DNA of 62,341 nucleotides, the filler included, from Squatina squatina (taxonomy: Eukaryota): the NCBI GenBank assembly GCA_031763465.1. It is 4 parts of 4 records of this genome, joined end to end, with 100 filler letters (N's around TTAATTAATTAA, not from the genome) between each part and the next. Parts side by side here need not be neighbours in the genome. Positions count along the whole stretch, not along the records: positions 1 to 14,104 come from JARFOE010000100.1; 3 more parts are not named here. One strand, given 5' to 3'. Position 1 is the first letter of the stretch. Each line of letters opens with the position of its first letter. The notes beneath the pieces were generated by a model, which made no database searches, was not told where the DNA came from, and saw nothing but the letters and a program-made list of their open reading frames with translations. A program made the translations under genes and the position numbers. Of this stretch, positions 1 to 14,204 are shown piece after piece.

Positions 1-213
1 ACAGCATCATCACTGCCACCTGGGAGGCTGATCTCGCCATTTGAACTAGTGCCAAACACGTTGGAGCAGAGCTTGACTTTGTGTGATTGTGTAGAACGGG
101 TGACAGCGAATCGGCCGCCTGTTTTACAACTCCTCCGATGTAAGATGGGCCGCCGATTCACTATCACCCGTTTTACACTATCGCACAAAGTCAAGATCTT
201 TTTTGTGTTTTAG

Positions 214-334
214 GGTACCAAGCACAGAAGCCAAGATCCGCAATATGCAGCTTTTTTGTGATTTGGCACAGCAAGTATCTGACTTTGCTCAATTCAGAGA
301 CTACAAAGAGCATGCTGGGTTCTGTGTCTGTGAT
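214..334 (+). CDS. Candidate internal coding exon, gene unidentified
   Basis: Pyrimidine-rich acceptor (ttttgtgttttag) and perfect donor gtaagt. Two frames are open, e.g. VPSTEAKIRNMQLFCDLAQQVSDFAQFRDYKEHAGFCVCD. I do not recognise the protein. Confidence 0.4.
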
Positions 335-3300
335 GTAAGTAAATATATTTTACTGCACAAACCATGACTAAAATGCTTACCAGCCCAGCCAGTTACAGGC
401 TAATTACATTGCATTTTTTATCAGAGCTCCCAAACAACATTTGTCACATTTGCATTAATAGGGCAAGTCATGTGATTCAGACAAGAATTTAAACAGCAGA
501 CATCAGAAGTAGGTGGATTAAGGGTTGGTTCAACATCAAAGTAGGATCCATATGTAAATTTATAGCGCCAATTAGGAAATGGTGGGCTGTGATGTAATAT
601 ACATAGAAANNNNNNNNNNNNNNNNNNNNNNNNNNNNNNNNNNNNNNNNNNNNNNNNNNNNNNNNNNNNNNNNNNNNNNNNNNNNNNNNNNNNNNNNNNN
701 NNNNNNNNNAGTTTGCCCTCTATTTTCGCTTTTCCTTTAATCAAATTAAGCAGTGAAAGCTTACAACTCTGGACTACAGGATATATTTAAATTATATGCA
801 TTTATTCTTGCTTTTGGGCAGGGCAAAAAAGTGTTTTGTGAAGTATTATGGTACAAAAAGACAGTCGTTCTGGCTCATTTACCTTTGTGAGCAAATTATC
901 TAAGATTAACTACAGACTAGTCAGTGCAGTTTAAAAGCCGAAAGCAATTTCAGTGGTGGATGGTAATGCTACATTTAGTTCGCAACTGATTGGGTCTAAA
1001 TGGCTACATAGCAAAGTCTGTGTGTATGACCACAGGGCTTGATGAAACCGCATAAGCAAAGAGTAAAAATGGAAAAATGGCATTTTACAGTATTAGCGGC
1101 ATCGGTGAAACAAGGGCAGGATGGATAATTCATAATTTGTAACTGCAGAATATAAGTTTAGACTAAAATCCTAATTTGCACAGCAATATCCTAGAGCACC
1201 AGCTGATAATCACATCCTGCATTCAGAATACTACAGTGACATTACATTTTAGAACTAAGTAAGATGTACATTTTATAAATTCCCTAATAAGTATTATTAA
1301 AATCTTACAAGTACCTGTGATTGGGACCATTAATTAAGTGAGAGGTAAACTCCTCAGTAGGGATCATTATTTCTAACAGTCCATTAAGCCCTATACATGC
1401 TAAACAGTAATTACACAGAGACTACTGAGAAGTTGGGAAATAATCACACAATGTTTAAATTTACTGGCATTACATTGTANNNNNNNNNNNNNNNNNNNNN
1501 NNNNNNNNNNNNNNNNNNNNNNNNNNNNNNNNNNNNNNNNNNNNNNNNNNNNNNNNNNNNNNNNNNNNNNNNNNNNNNNNNNNNNNNNNNNNNNNNNNNN
1601 NNNNNNNNNNNNNNNNNNNNNNNNNNNNNNNNNNNNNNNNNNNNNNNNNNNNNNNNNNNNNNNNNNNNNNNNNNCAAAATCAAACTCAAACCGAGAGAAA
1701 TATCAACTGCTCAGTGTATACCCCGAATATTAAAAATCAAAATGCCACTGTGCTTTGTTCATTTCAGGTTTGTGGATTTTAAGTGCTTCAGTGGCTTAGA
1801 GGCAGACTAGTGCTGGCACATACAGTAGGGAGACTGAATCACAGTTCCACTGCGGCATGTCAAACTATTATACCAGGGATCATGATGTCACACTGGTCTC
1901 AATGGTTCATGAGCTCAAGGATATGGTTAACAAATGTAAAACCAAACTTCAGGAGAGCTGCTTTACTGTGCTAAGTGATCTGTATTCCCTTTGAATTTAC
2001 TTTTCCCTAACCCCGTGAAATTAACAGTGGATTCTGACATTCGACCTCTGACCGGAAATATAATAAGAATTTGAAAGCATCATGCATGAGTGTGTTTGTG
2101 TAATGCAAACTGGAAAAATGACCGTAGCCCCTTTTTTTTATTGCAGAAGGCCTCGGAAACCTCAATTCCTTTCAGGTTTCAGTTTTAAGAAAGTTGTTAC
2201 AGAAAAGCTGGTAATTTCTGCAACTGTAGTGATTGGCTTCTCATGGCTTTTCTGAACAGTGAATGGTATTAAATGTGCACTGGTACAAAATAGTGCATTT
2301 GCCAGTTGCTATTTACTGAGATAAGGGTTAAAAATAATATGGTAGGAGTCTATAATGGCGTGGGGGAGTAGCTACTGGGGAGTTTGCTGCCAGGGGTGCG
2401 AGTGCATTGTACAGTGTCTCGGTCTCAGGGTTTAAGAGGCAGAACCAGAAAGTGTTAGGTGAAAATGATTTTGCAGTTATCAGGCTTGGGGGATGACAGC
2501 AGACAAGAATTAGTACAAGGTGCAATGCAGCTTTTCTTTACAATGAAGTAAAGATTGGCAGCTGGAAGTGAGGCTTACAGACAGACGTGCACACAAGACC
2601 TCTTCACCTAGGACTCATAATCACTACTCAAAGGGAGAAGCATTTAACAGTAAAAGGCATCCACAGCCATCACAAGTGTGCTTAAAACTCCACTTAAATA
2701 TCACTTTGTACGCTATTACTTGCAAACTGCGGTTTGGTATTAAATCATACTTGCATAGGCTTTTGGTTAGGTGCTGATAATGCTGGTAGAGTGGGGGTGG
2801 GGGACATTGGTGACTAAGATTTTAGGTTGATCTGCCAAAGACGTGACTGGAATGTCCTGCCCTGCTGACATTGATGTATCAGGGTGAATAATTACACAAA
2901 TGCACTTTCCTACCTCTTATAGCTTCTAATTTTAATTGTCATTGTGGCCCTTCCATTTTAATTATGGACTTCTTTGATATATAACAGCTGATTGTATTCT
3001 ATGAAAATACAGTGGGATAATGGTCTCTTTATAATTAATGACTGGATGTAGATTTTGGTGCATAAAAGGGAAACTATGAGAGAACAATTTATTTAACCAG
3101 GTTTTCTAGTTCTTTCGTTTTTCTGCAGAATTAAATAAGGTTCTTGAACTTCCAAAGCTGCTTGATCTTTGGATTGGTTTAGTTTGTGCTGCATGCTTAT
3201 TTAATAAAATGTTACTGTGCTGGGTCATAGATTAGTTTTTTCAAAAAACATTTTCAAGACATTAAAAAGGAGACAGACATTTTTTTTTCTAGCATCTATC

Positions 3301-6300
3301 ATTGTAAAAGTATAAAATGGAGCCTGACATGCTTCTGCTAATTTTATTGTAGCGTGGACAGTGTGCTTACATACTGCATAGCATGACTGCAGTTTAGTCG
3401 TAGAGCAGGAGAAATTGGATCGACAGAGGCAGTGACTACCCTGAGGTCACCAGCGACCATGCCACTCTGATGTGATGTCTAGTTGGGGTGATGGTGTGTA
3501 AATAAACGGAGAGAATTGCAAATCTTGTCATGGCCAAGCGGAACAGCTCAAGCATTTAAAGATGGTTNNNNNNNNNNNNNNNNNNNNNNNNNNNNNNNNN
3601 NNNNNNNNNNNNNNNNNNNNNNNNNNNNNNNNNNNNNNNNNNNNNNNNNNNNNNNNNNNNNNNNNNNAAGATGGTTGCCCGCAAACCTAACTGGAAGGTG
3701 GTTGCTGTGTGGTGGCTGGAGAAAACTTGATTCTCCGCCGCAGTCTGTTCCTCTTGCCTGACGAATCTGAAACCACTGACCCAGCATTTATTGCTGGAGG
3801 ACTAAAGAGTAAATTAATTTTTTTCAGTAATGAAAATAAGAAAAATAAGCCCTATTCTTCATATTACTGTCAGTTCTTCTGAGTTCCGGTGATCTAAATT
3901 AAATAGATCACATAATAAGTTTCTAATCCAGGAAATTCTCCGAATGAGAAAAATACAGAGTTTTCAGATTGCACATTTTTTGCAGATGCGCAATGTAGTG
4001 CTCCCATGGACTTTATGAAACATTTANNNNNNNNNNGGCTGTTTCTGCAAGTTGAGATCTATTTCCAGTTTTGTTTAGCAAGCATCCAAATATAGTAATA
4101 ACTGATCTAGTTGCAATGCATTTCAATAACTTCCATCAGTAAACTAATTTCAAAATCTATCACTAATAAAAAATCCATTTATATTAAAATAATGGGTCTG
4201 GTTTTCCTCTCAGTGCAAATACTGCTTGCACCCTTTAAATAGATTTTCCCTTGATTTTTGCAGAAAAAATTCATTTGCTTTGTGTCTGATTTTTCACTTC
4301 TGGTTTTCTGCAACAGTTTCTGCTTTGCTTGAGGTACAATTTTCCCTTTCTAAATATCTTAATTNNNNNNNNNNNNNNNNNNNNNNNNNNNNNNNNNNNN
4401 NNNNNNNNNNNNNNNNNNNNNNNNNNNNNNNNNNNNNNNNNNNNNNNNNNNNNNNNNNNNNNNNCTTGGGACGTTTTGCTATGTTAGAGGTGCTATATAA
4501 ATGCAAGTTGTTGTTGTTGTTGATGACAGTGTAAATATTTCCAATTTTTAAGAGGTTCAGAGAAGCTTTATAAATTGCTATCTATTAGGTTACAATTAGA
4601 TTAAGAAATTCTGATGATTGAATAACATGATTCACAAAGTCATTACGAAAATAATGTGATTTGCATTTTTCTGGGCATTTGGCTTTTCGCATATTTTATG
4701 TCGAGTTTCCAAAAATCATTTGGGATAGATTACATGGATTATTCTGGTAGATTCTTCATTCATGTGGCACATCACAGAAATTTTAACAGTCATAGCAGAT
4801 TAACCTCGCCTGTGCATTTAGAGGCTAGCTGCCTGACGAATTTACATGCATAGGGATGAAAATACTATTTGGAGAGAGATTGAGGGTTTATTTGATTCAA
4901 TCACTTTCTCCAGCACCTTGACCTCTTCTTGTGAAATAATCAGAACTGTTTAGTGAGAATATTCAGGCATTAATAATGAATTGCTTTTCATCTGATTTTT
5001 CCTTGCCTGGTAACAAATGCATCTGATGTGTGAGTTGCGAAGTGCTGCTGGTTGGTTTTACCATTGAGTGACAGAAAACCTAGATGTTAATATGCACTTA
5101 TGCTACTAACGTGGGACACTTGGTATAGATTCAGTGTTGATGTGAACAGGGAAGACAAGTAGTTGAGTCAAATATAAGGAGTGTAAGAAAGGAGATCCCA
5201 TTTCCACACTGTCATATTTTGGGAACACCATCCACAATTTATTTGGACTTGTCAGACTTACAAATTAGTTGCACCATTCCGATTAATGAAATAGTTAACC
5301 TATTTTTTGATGTATCCTTCATACACAATTGAATTTATTTTGCTCTGCCCCATTTTGTTTTCCCCTATAAGGTGTACCAGGGCCGATTTTTACTTGGCCC
5401 ACCTGACGGAAATAGGGCAATAGCGCCACGAAAAAGATGTGCTGCACTTATCACCCTGTTCCTACTTGGATCCTACCTGCTGCCATATTTCCTGGGACTT
5501 TCTACTGGGCGGACAAGGCACACGCCTAAATCAGGTGGGAGCTTCATTATGGCAAGCAAATTTGACACCATGACGTACATAAGATTCAATGCAATTCTGA
5601 GGGCCAACTGGGCAGAGCATGTACCGTACACGCTCCCCCTAGTTGTACCAGCTGAAGAAGCAGCAAAGGCTCCATTAAAATGTAAGTACAGTATTATNNN
5701 NNNNNNNNNNNNNNNNNNNNNNNNNNNNNNNNNNNNNNNNNNNNNNNNNNNNNNNNNNNNNNNNNNNNNNNNNNNNNNNNNNNNNNNNNNNNNNNNNTTA
5801 TATTACTAAATTCACCTTTCAGCTCTCAAATCCCAATGGCAGGCTCATAGACCTAGCCTTTCATAGGTCTTAGAGTCTGCTAGCAGGATAAGGGAGCAGG
5901 ATTTAGCAGTGTGAACTCAGGGAACTAAAACAGTGGTAATATAAAAGTGATTTTAGAGTGGCTGCCGCTGTAAATCTGTCCCAGAATATTGCTGTCTGGA
6001 AATAACTGCGCGTTTGCACTTTGAAGAATCTGCTTTCTTGTCTGCTGACTTTTCTGGTTCTGTCAATCATTAATCACAAACACACATTACCTTGAAGTTT
6101 AATAAGCACAAATAAAGAATTTATGTGTCATTTTTCACAGCAGCACTGGCTGCCTAACTTTCTTAAGTGAATTTTAAATACCAGAGGTTTGGAAAAATCA
6201 TTTAGGCAGATTTTTCCATTTTATAATTGGGGGAGAGGAAATCAGTTTGTCTATGTACAAATCTATTTTGGCATTACCTAAGTGCGTATTTTTTGAGTGC

Positions 6301-6519
6301 AAATGCTGGCATTCAAGCTTAGCGTTTGGCTGTGTGAGGACAAACTGCTCTTAACATCACCATTTATACAAACCAATAGCAAAGTAAATAAAGTGCTTCT
6401 TGTACAAAGGAATATTACAGCTAATAACTGTAATATTATTATAACACCATATGCGTTACTACAGTCTAGCTTGATGAGGTGACTTTGAAGGTGGTGGTCC
6501 TGGAATTAGTTCCTGCCTA

Positions 6520-6628
6520 GATGGGTAGAGGGAATATGGATTCAGGATGGTGGCGGATAATGAAAGGATGAATGGATGATTGATGGATAATGGATGGGTA
6601 GATGATGGTTAGAGAATGGATGGATGGC
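6520..6628 (+). repeat. Degenerate (GGAT/GAT)n simple repeat
   Basis: Run of gatg/ggat units: gatggatgattgatggataatggatgggtagatgatgg... Confidence 0.75.
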
Positions 6629-7714
6629 TCCTGATCTCAAACTTTGTGAATGATTCTGAAGTTCAAAGCTTTGGAGTACAACCATTAAAATAGAATGGTG
6701 TGAAGGAAATCCAATATGATTAGAGCATAGTCCTTCAGGTTAAGGGACATAGTAGTGTGCTGCTTAGATTACTGAATTACTAATCAGAGGCTTGAACTAA
6801 TAATAATGACAGTTNNNNNNNNNNNNNNNNNNNNNNNNNNNNNNNNNNNNNNNNNNNNNNNNNNNNNNNNNNNNNNNNNNNNNNNNNNNNNNNNNNNNNN
6901 NNNNNNNNNNNNNNATGGATTAGAACTAACAAAAAAAAACAATACTTACATTCATTATCTGGCCATCAACACATTTTAAATATCAGATGCAGTATCCTCC
7001 TCAAACCTATTATCAAGAGTAGACCCAGAATATAATCATACGGTGACTCGCTCCCACCTAAAGCTTTCTGCACTTGTTTGCACTTTCTGCTTGTAATTAG
7101 CTCATTGCTCATTAAATCCATGAATAACATTTATTTTTAAGCCTCCTATATGGAATTTTATCAAATGCTTTTGTGAAAATCTATTATTGGGCTTTGTTTT
7201 TCAACAAGTTTAATTACTTCTCAAAGAATGATGGCCTCTTTAAGTAAACATTGGTAGTATCCTATAGAATGTTGTCAAGCAGTACTGATATTAGGCTAAC
7301 TGGACTATAATTCCCTCACCCCTTTTCTCAATATCAGAATTACATTCACTATGTGCCAAGCCTAATGTGCACTCCTGCATTTAAAGAACTCCTACAATTA
7401 TTAGCCAGAGACTGACCTATTTCATCTCTCATTTCAGAATGTATGCTATCTGGCCCAGATATCCTGCATACACACAGTCATTCACAACAAATGCTTTCCT
7501 CATATTTATGTGTCATAGATTCTTAAACCAAAATTATTAGATGTTGAATTTGACTAAAGTCATCTTTTGTTAAGAATGATGTGAAGAACTAATTCAGCAC
7601 CTCCATTTGTTCCTAATCCATCATAAGAATTCTACCCTTTTATTACTTAAGGAGCTATCTAGTCTTTCAACTTACATAGTCATCTATGGAACTATCAAAT
7701 GTCTATCATTGAAT

Positions 7715-8150
7715 GCCATGAGCAAAAAGGACAAAGCAGCCCACTTGACTGGCACCCCATCCACCACCACAAACATTCCCTCCCTCCATCACCGTGGCTG
7801 CAGTGTCTACAAGATGCACTGCAGCAATTCGCCACGGCTTCTTCCGCAGCACCTCCCAAACCCGCGACCTCTACCACCAAGAAGGACAAGGGCAGCATGC
7901 ATTTGGGAACACCACCACCTGCAAGTTCCCTTCCAAGTCACACACCATCCCGACTTGGAAATACATTGCTGTTCCTTCATCGTCGCTGGGTCAAAAACCT
8001 GGTACACCCTCCCTGACAGCCCTGTTGGAGTACCTTCACCACACGGAATGCAGTGGTTTTAGAAGGCAGCTCATCACCACCTTCTCAAGCGTAATTAGGG
8101 ATGGGCAATAAATGCCAGTGACCCCCACATCCCAGGAATTAAAAGAAAAA
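7715..8150 (+). mobile_element. 3' end of a non-LTR retrotransposon (CR1-group LINE), degraded
   Basis: RT C-terminal-like peptide (SFIVAGSKTWYTLP), then a 3'UTR ending gggcaataaatgc...cccacatccc and an A-rich tail. A related inverted 3' fragment lies at about 33250-33380. Confidence 0.7.
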
Positions 8151-8359
8151 AACTGCTTTCTTGCTCTGCTTTTCTCACAACATTATTTTTAATTATTAAC
8201 AAAATTTGTACACTGTATTGCTTGTTAATGTTCATATAATTTCACTTCCAGCATGTTGTAGACATTTCCCAGCAATGAATTGTAATACTGCTGATATTCT
8301 CCAAAGATTGCTCCTTCCCTCCAGCATTCATCACCAGTGATAGCCTCTGCTTCTTGGAG

Positions 8360-8460
8360 CTATTCATTAAGATTCTCAAGTATGTTGAATGTAGAAATTG
8401 CATTTCCTTCACGGCCATCCATTGGTAAAGATATTTTCGATGTAGCTAACATTAGGCCAT
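8360..8460 (-). CDS. Candidate terminal coding exon, gene unidentified
   Basis: Strong minus-strand acceptor ttcaatttttgtttttgtag. It reads DGLMLATSKISLPMDGREGNAISTFNILENLNE* or, in another phase, WPNVSYIENIFTNGWP*, followed by AT-rich UTR-like sequence. Identity unknown. Confidence 0.25.
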
Positions 8461-11039
8461 CTACAAAAACAAAAATTGAAGTGAACTCTAAACTAATTGG
8501 GGCTAAAAATACACACATGGGGCCCTTGTGGAGCACTCCCGCCATAAGCCCATCAGGTCTGCAGCGAGGGGCTGTGGAATAGACCAGAAGCTATCCATTT
8601 CCACCAGGTTTTATTTGAAGTAGAACCTCCATCCACCCCACACAACGAAAGTAGTGTAAAAAGGAGCATAGCCAAGGGAAGGGACTCCCAATGCTGGGAA
8701 TTCCCACATCCTTGGTCTACAGGAAACCCTTTACAATATCGGAAGCCAGTACACCAAGGGAGTGGTGGAAATTCCAGGTTGGGACCAAGGTCTTAGCCCC
8801 AGGAGATAGCGGAACTTTAGTTAAAAAAATTAAGAGTAGCCTCCTTATGAACCTAGGTGGTGAGGTCACTTTGTTTCCGGCATGGAGCCTGGCACCCCCA
8901 CCCTTGCCGGCCACTTATGCAACACTATGAACCTTTACTGGTGGGGGGAGATGGTGCCTCACAGGCACTAAAGGCCTGCTTTTTGTAGCCTCATTCTCTG
9001 ACTTTGTGAAATTCAGTGAGGTGAGAGTCAGTGGTGGTGCCTGCCTGCACATTTTTAGGGTCGAAATTGGGGTCTGTAAGGTTACTATTTAAAGAGTGTA
9101 CATTCAGTGTAGATCTGAATAATTTGGAGCCTTCGCTTCATGCCAGAAAATGTCTCCTGATGGATCAGGGCTCCTGTTGTAATTTATAAAGTATTAAAAA
9201 AACTTCTGGAGGCCAATAATTTTTCAAATGATTTTTCTAAAAACCTCAGAATCAGCACTGCTTCAAGTTATCATTTATAACATGAAACAGATATAATTGA
9301 AAGTGTTTCTTCAGATTACTCATCAAAGAGATAATAGACATCAGAAATAAACTGCATTTACCTTTTAACATTTTTGCTCATGTGACTCATGCTACACTTG
9401 CTTTTTAAGTTCTTTTTACTGGAACTACAAAGTTAGAGATTCTTTCATTGATTACACTGCCATCTGTTCCTTACCTGAATTTACAAAGATTAAGATCAAT
9501 ATATTAAAAGGCTGATTATGCTTTTGCATGATTGTTTTAATACCATGGTTATTTATTAAAGAATATCCCTCCAGCACAGTGAAGTCAGTGTTGTACACAT
9601 TTCAAGAAATAGGCCAAAGAATTTATTGATTTTTAAAATAGTTTTATTTGTCGAGGCCATCTAATCAGTGGATTTTATCCCTTTCCATATGTCAGATAGC
9701 TGGACGTAGCACTTGTTCACATGCCTAAATGAAATGCCCCTTTCATCTTTGTTTGTATAAAGTTGTGGTGCAAATTTTATACATCCCTTAAATACTGCAG
9801 AATATCACAAAAAAGTTAGAAANNNNNNNNNNNNNNNNNNNNNNNNNNNNNNNNNNNNNNNNNNNNNNNNNNNNNNNNNNNNNNNNNNNNNNNNNNNNNN
9901 NNNNNNNNNNNNNNNNNNNNNNGTAATGAGGCAAAAAAAAGCGTGAAAGAAGCAATCTACAAAACTGGAAACTCTCCTGGAAAACCAGACAGCAAAGAGA
10001 TCCTGTGATCCACTACCCTTTCCATACAGCTTCAGTGGCTCTGAAACACCAATCCCAGCAGGTTTTACTGACAGATCAATCAGGTGGGACCACGATTTTT
10101 AGTTGAAATGATGTTGGGGTCTTATAGGATCCTGATTTTAATATATTTATAAGGCCCCCATCTGCCCAATTTTAAACAAAAATGTGCAGTTAAAATAGCA
10201 AGTCGGAATGGCAGTGGTGAGTTTATGACCACTATTTTAACCACCTGTCTGCCGTCAGGTGGGCGAGGTTAAAATCAGGCCTAAAGTGTGGTGGTCTACT
10301 ATATGTTCTCTTGAGATGTTGTTGTCAAAATAACAGTAAGGTTCATGGTGCTCACCATTATTCATGCGCAAGGAGCCGATGTGCATTTAAATGCCAATAT
10401 CGAAAGGTTGCTGATGGAGTTGCACCGCTCCACTGTTAGCTTCTCAAAAATGGCATTTCGCTGACAGCCTCACCATTGAAATGCATTGAATGGCGTGAAG
10501 TTGCTATACTTGATTTGCAGATACTAACTAAACTCACCAGAGGAAGTTAAATCTCGTCATTTCAAGTCTAAGTACCCTTTTAAAGATGTGATAAGTGTTT
10601 ATTACCTCTCTGGCACTGAAAATTAACTGTTACAAGTATGGAGCCTCATTCCTTTAGGTATTAATTGTTGTTGGAAGTTTAAAAAATTTAAATTTTAATA
10701 TATTTTTTTAACTTTTCCGTCCCTTTTCTCTCTCTTAATTCAATCTTTCTTTCCCTCCTTATTTCTCTTCCTGTACCTGACGACATTGAATTTGCCCACT
10801 CTAATTTACACTTCCTTCTNNNNNNNNNNNNNNNNNNNNNNNNNNNNNNNNNNNNNNNNNNNNNNNNNNNNNNNNNNNNNNNNNNNNNNNNNNNNNNNNN
10901 NNNNNNNNNNNNNNNNNNNCAGTGGAGCAGTGCAATGACTGCACTAAAATTTTTTCTGCTCATTTGAATAATTGTTCAAAGCTGCAAATTATTCAAAGCT
11001 TTCTAATTTAGCGCCGAGCTCCTAATACTCCTGCAGCAG

Positions 11040-11223
11040 GATCACCTCCTCTTCTTTCCCATGTTGTTGGTTCCAACATGGATCACAACTGGTTCTTCCC
11101 CCTCCCTTTCCAAGTTCCTTTCCAGATGCTTTGAGATATCCCTTACCCTGGCACCAGGTGGCAACACAACCTCCTGGACTTTCGATCGCGATTGTAGAGG
11201 ATACCCTCTATCCCCCTAATTGT
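11040..11223 (-). mobile_element. CR1 LINE ORF1 (SGNH esterase-like) fragment
   Basis: Minus strand encodes frameshifted IRGI...PGARVRDISKHLERNLEREGEEPVVIHVGTNN, matching the GxND-type block of CR1 ORF1 esterases. Confidence 0.75.
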
Positions 11224-14104
11224 CTAATTACAGCAGACTTTGCTGAGGCCACAAGGAGGTGGGGGACGGGGCACCTCATAGGAGTAGTAGAGTAAGGAAA
11301 CCCCATTATAAGAATGGCACCATGGATTGACACTTGAGTGAGAAATTAATTCAAGGCAATTATTGTGTTGGGAATTAAATTCATCACCTTTAGCACATTT
11401 GACACTTTGGTCTTCAGCATGGTTCAATAGTAACTTCTGGGTCTGCATTGTCAGTATGTCATTGATATAGAAGTTGGCTGAATGGTTTCAGTGTTCTTTA
11501 ATTCAAAATTAACAGAATGATGATGGATGTAACAAGGACTGCTAATGCAGAGGGACTTTGTGTAAGTTTTCAAGGCAAGGGAATGAACTCATCCCTCATA
11601 TTATGACAGTTTTCCATTTCCACCACATTTCCAGCTCTTCGGATTCTCTCTGCCCTCTACCACACCATCTTACATATTGTTAGTGTGAAAATGTTAAATC
11701 CTCATGGCCCCTATTCCCGCTGCCATATCTCTTCAGTGGTTTTTCTACCAATGTCATAGACTTCTCCTTTATCAGCCTTACTCTTGCATTTTGCATGCAA
11801 AGGGTGAGCATAAGTATTGAGGGAAGAAAAAAGCAAAGTAAATAAGTACTGAAAGCCAAAAATCAGAAAACAGAAGTATTAAGGAACAGCAAGAGTAGTG
11901 CGCAGTAAACNNNNNNNNNNNNNNNNNNNNNNNNNNNNNNNNNNNNNNNNNNNNNNNNNNNNNNNNNNNNNNNNNNNNNNNNNNNNNNNNNNNNNNNNNN
12001 NNNNNNNNNNCGTGTAGGAGGGCTTGCTGGCTGTCACTGAGAGCAGCTCGTATTATTCCATAGAGCCTGTGTCTTCTGAGTTTCATTGTCTTAACATTGG
12101 TGCCAATAGGGTATGTGAAGGCAGATTCGGAATGCATACTGTTCAGTCGATCACACCCATATACCCAATGAGTTGACTTTCCAGCCAGAGCCCATGAGAA
12201 CGGATCTAAAGTGGTCAAATTAGTCGGCTCACAGTGTAATGAGTAATGCCTCAGTGTTGATACTTACAAAGAATGCCCCATAGGCAGTACCTCAGCTGCT
12301 TTACTTTGACCCCTGGAACCCACAATTACACTTCTGAAAATTGGATTGTGAGGTCTAACTGGACTTTTAGCTTCAGATCATAGATCCAACAGTGGTTAAG
12401 TACATTGAGGTACACATGTATGGGTTATTTCCCATACAATGTAGAGACCGTGTCGGTTATATACCGTGTATATAAGACCCATTGAGCGGGTTATATCCCA
12501 ATAATATATATATATACAATGTGTGGTTTATATATACCATGTATATATACCCTGGCCAGATATTGTGTGAATTATTCCCCGGTAATGTATGTAGTATGTA
12601 ACGGGACATACTAGCAGGGTGAGAAATAAAAGATTTAGAAACTAGAAAGGAAAAGGGTTAAGTGTGGAGCTGACTGTCAATCCTTGAACATCCGATTGTG
12701 CACTTCGATATCAGTGACTAACATTGTTGCAATATTTGTGAATTTTCTAATGTAAAGAAAATGTTCATTTCTGTGAAAGAAAAATATATAATGTTCCTCT
12801 CTCCTTTTTTTGAATCCATAGTTTGCTTCTTATTCAAAATGTGGCGTGAACATTAATAAGCCATGTTACCTGAAACTTTAAACTTGTTCTTAATCTATGT
12901 GTGTAAGAAGATACATAAAATGACAAGTGAATAGAACAATGAGAGCACAATGAAGCAGAAGCTTCAGCAAATAGGTAAAAATGGGATCCTTTGTTCTGTT
13001 ATGCAGTGCACAAAACCCGTGCTGCATCAGTACACCACAAGGAGTGCTGTTCCACAAAATACCTTGTGTGTTTGGTTAATGCTAATTTGAAGATTATGCC
13101 AATAAAGACTGCTTCCTTTGATTAAGCAAACAGAGAAAGAAAATACCAGTCAAACCAGCTGTTAATGCACAAATGGACGTACAATGGTTATTAAAATTAC
13201 CTCAAAGATGTACCTTTGTGATTCATTTAAATCTTTTGAGGCCGAGTCTACATGTGGTAGCCAATGTAATGAACTGCAGAATANNNNNNNGCCCCCTAAG
13301 AGTTTTCACCAAATTTTCCTGCCTATTTCATTTATTGGGTCTTCTTTGTAGGCTGTTTTTCTCTGTAATTGCTTTGCTCCTTTGTTCGTGGCTTTAAGCA
13401 CAGTGTAATTTTTACCGTATCATAAGTTCTGATTGAGTAGTTTGATGTTCTTCTAGTAGAAATAGTGTACAGCTGGGGCACAATAAGAAATGGCAGTACT
13501 AGCATTTACAAAGCTTTAATGATATCAAATCTATTTACAATNNNNNNNNNNTTTCCCTAAAAGATAAAACTTAAACATATGCCAGATGATGATTTTGAAA
13601 TGTGATTTAACTGACACAGACTGCAATTCACAGTTTTACTGATAGCCATTTATTACAAAGATGAACAATGTCTTTAAAATACTGTTATAAATGTTGTGCT
13701 TAACCTTATTTCTTTTATTTGTACTTCACTAAAATATTAAAATGATTTTGAACAAATACTTAAGATTTGTAATTGGGTTTTGTAAATTGGCTCTCGAGTA
13801 AAATCTGTAATAGCAATGGTCATAGACAAAACAATTAGGAGTCTCCTTAAATATTAATACAGATTGACAGGTTTAGGAGGACAGCTGATGTTATTGGTTT
13901 ATCTATACATCTGCAGAAAGACTGACTAAAATGCCACAGTCTTATATCTGATCACAAGTTGTGTGAGCAGTGGCAGATATAGCCGTTTCACTAGTTATTG
14001 GCTGCAAGTCATATATTTACATAATCTTAATTAGTTAAAAAACTGAACAGACAAATGTTTGCATCATTCCCTCATTTTCTCGAGCATGTGGTGAGTATAA
14101 GAAA

Positions 14105-14204
14105 NNNNNNNNNNNNNNNNNNNNNNNNNNNNNNNNNNNNNNNNNNNNTTAATTAATTAANNNNNNNNNNNNNNNNNNNNNNNNNNNNNNNNNNNNNNNN
14201 NNNN
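14105..14204. other. Artificial scaffold-concatenation spacer (N44-TTAATTAATTAA-N44)
   Basis: Exactly 44 N, then palindromic TTAATTAATTAA (14149-14160; stops in all six frames), then 44 N, total 100 nt. The same structure occurs three times in the window. Confidence 0.97.

Noticed and set aside
5372-5681. AG/GT-bounded open frame as a host exon
   Set aside because: No recognisable protein, and the gggccgattttta start resembles the termini of non-autonomous DNA transposon-like repeats. More likely repeat-derived.
14149-14160. TTAATTAATTAA as a biological motif (piggyBac target or homeodomain site)
   Set aside because: It is always centred in an N44/N44 block; it is a synthetic all-frame-stop linker.
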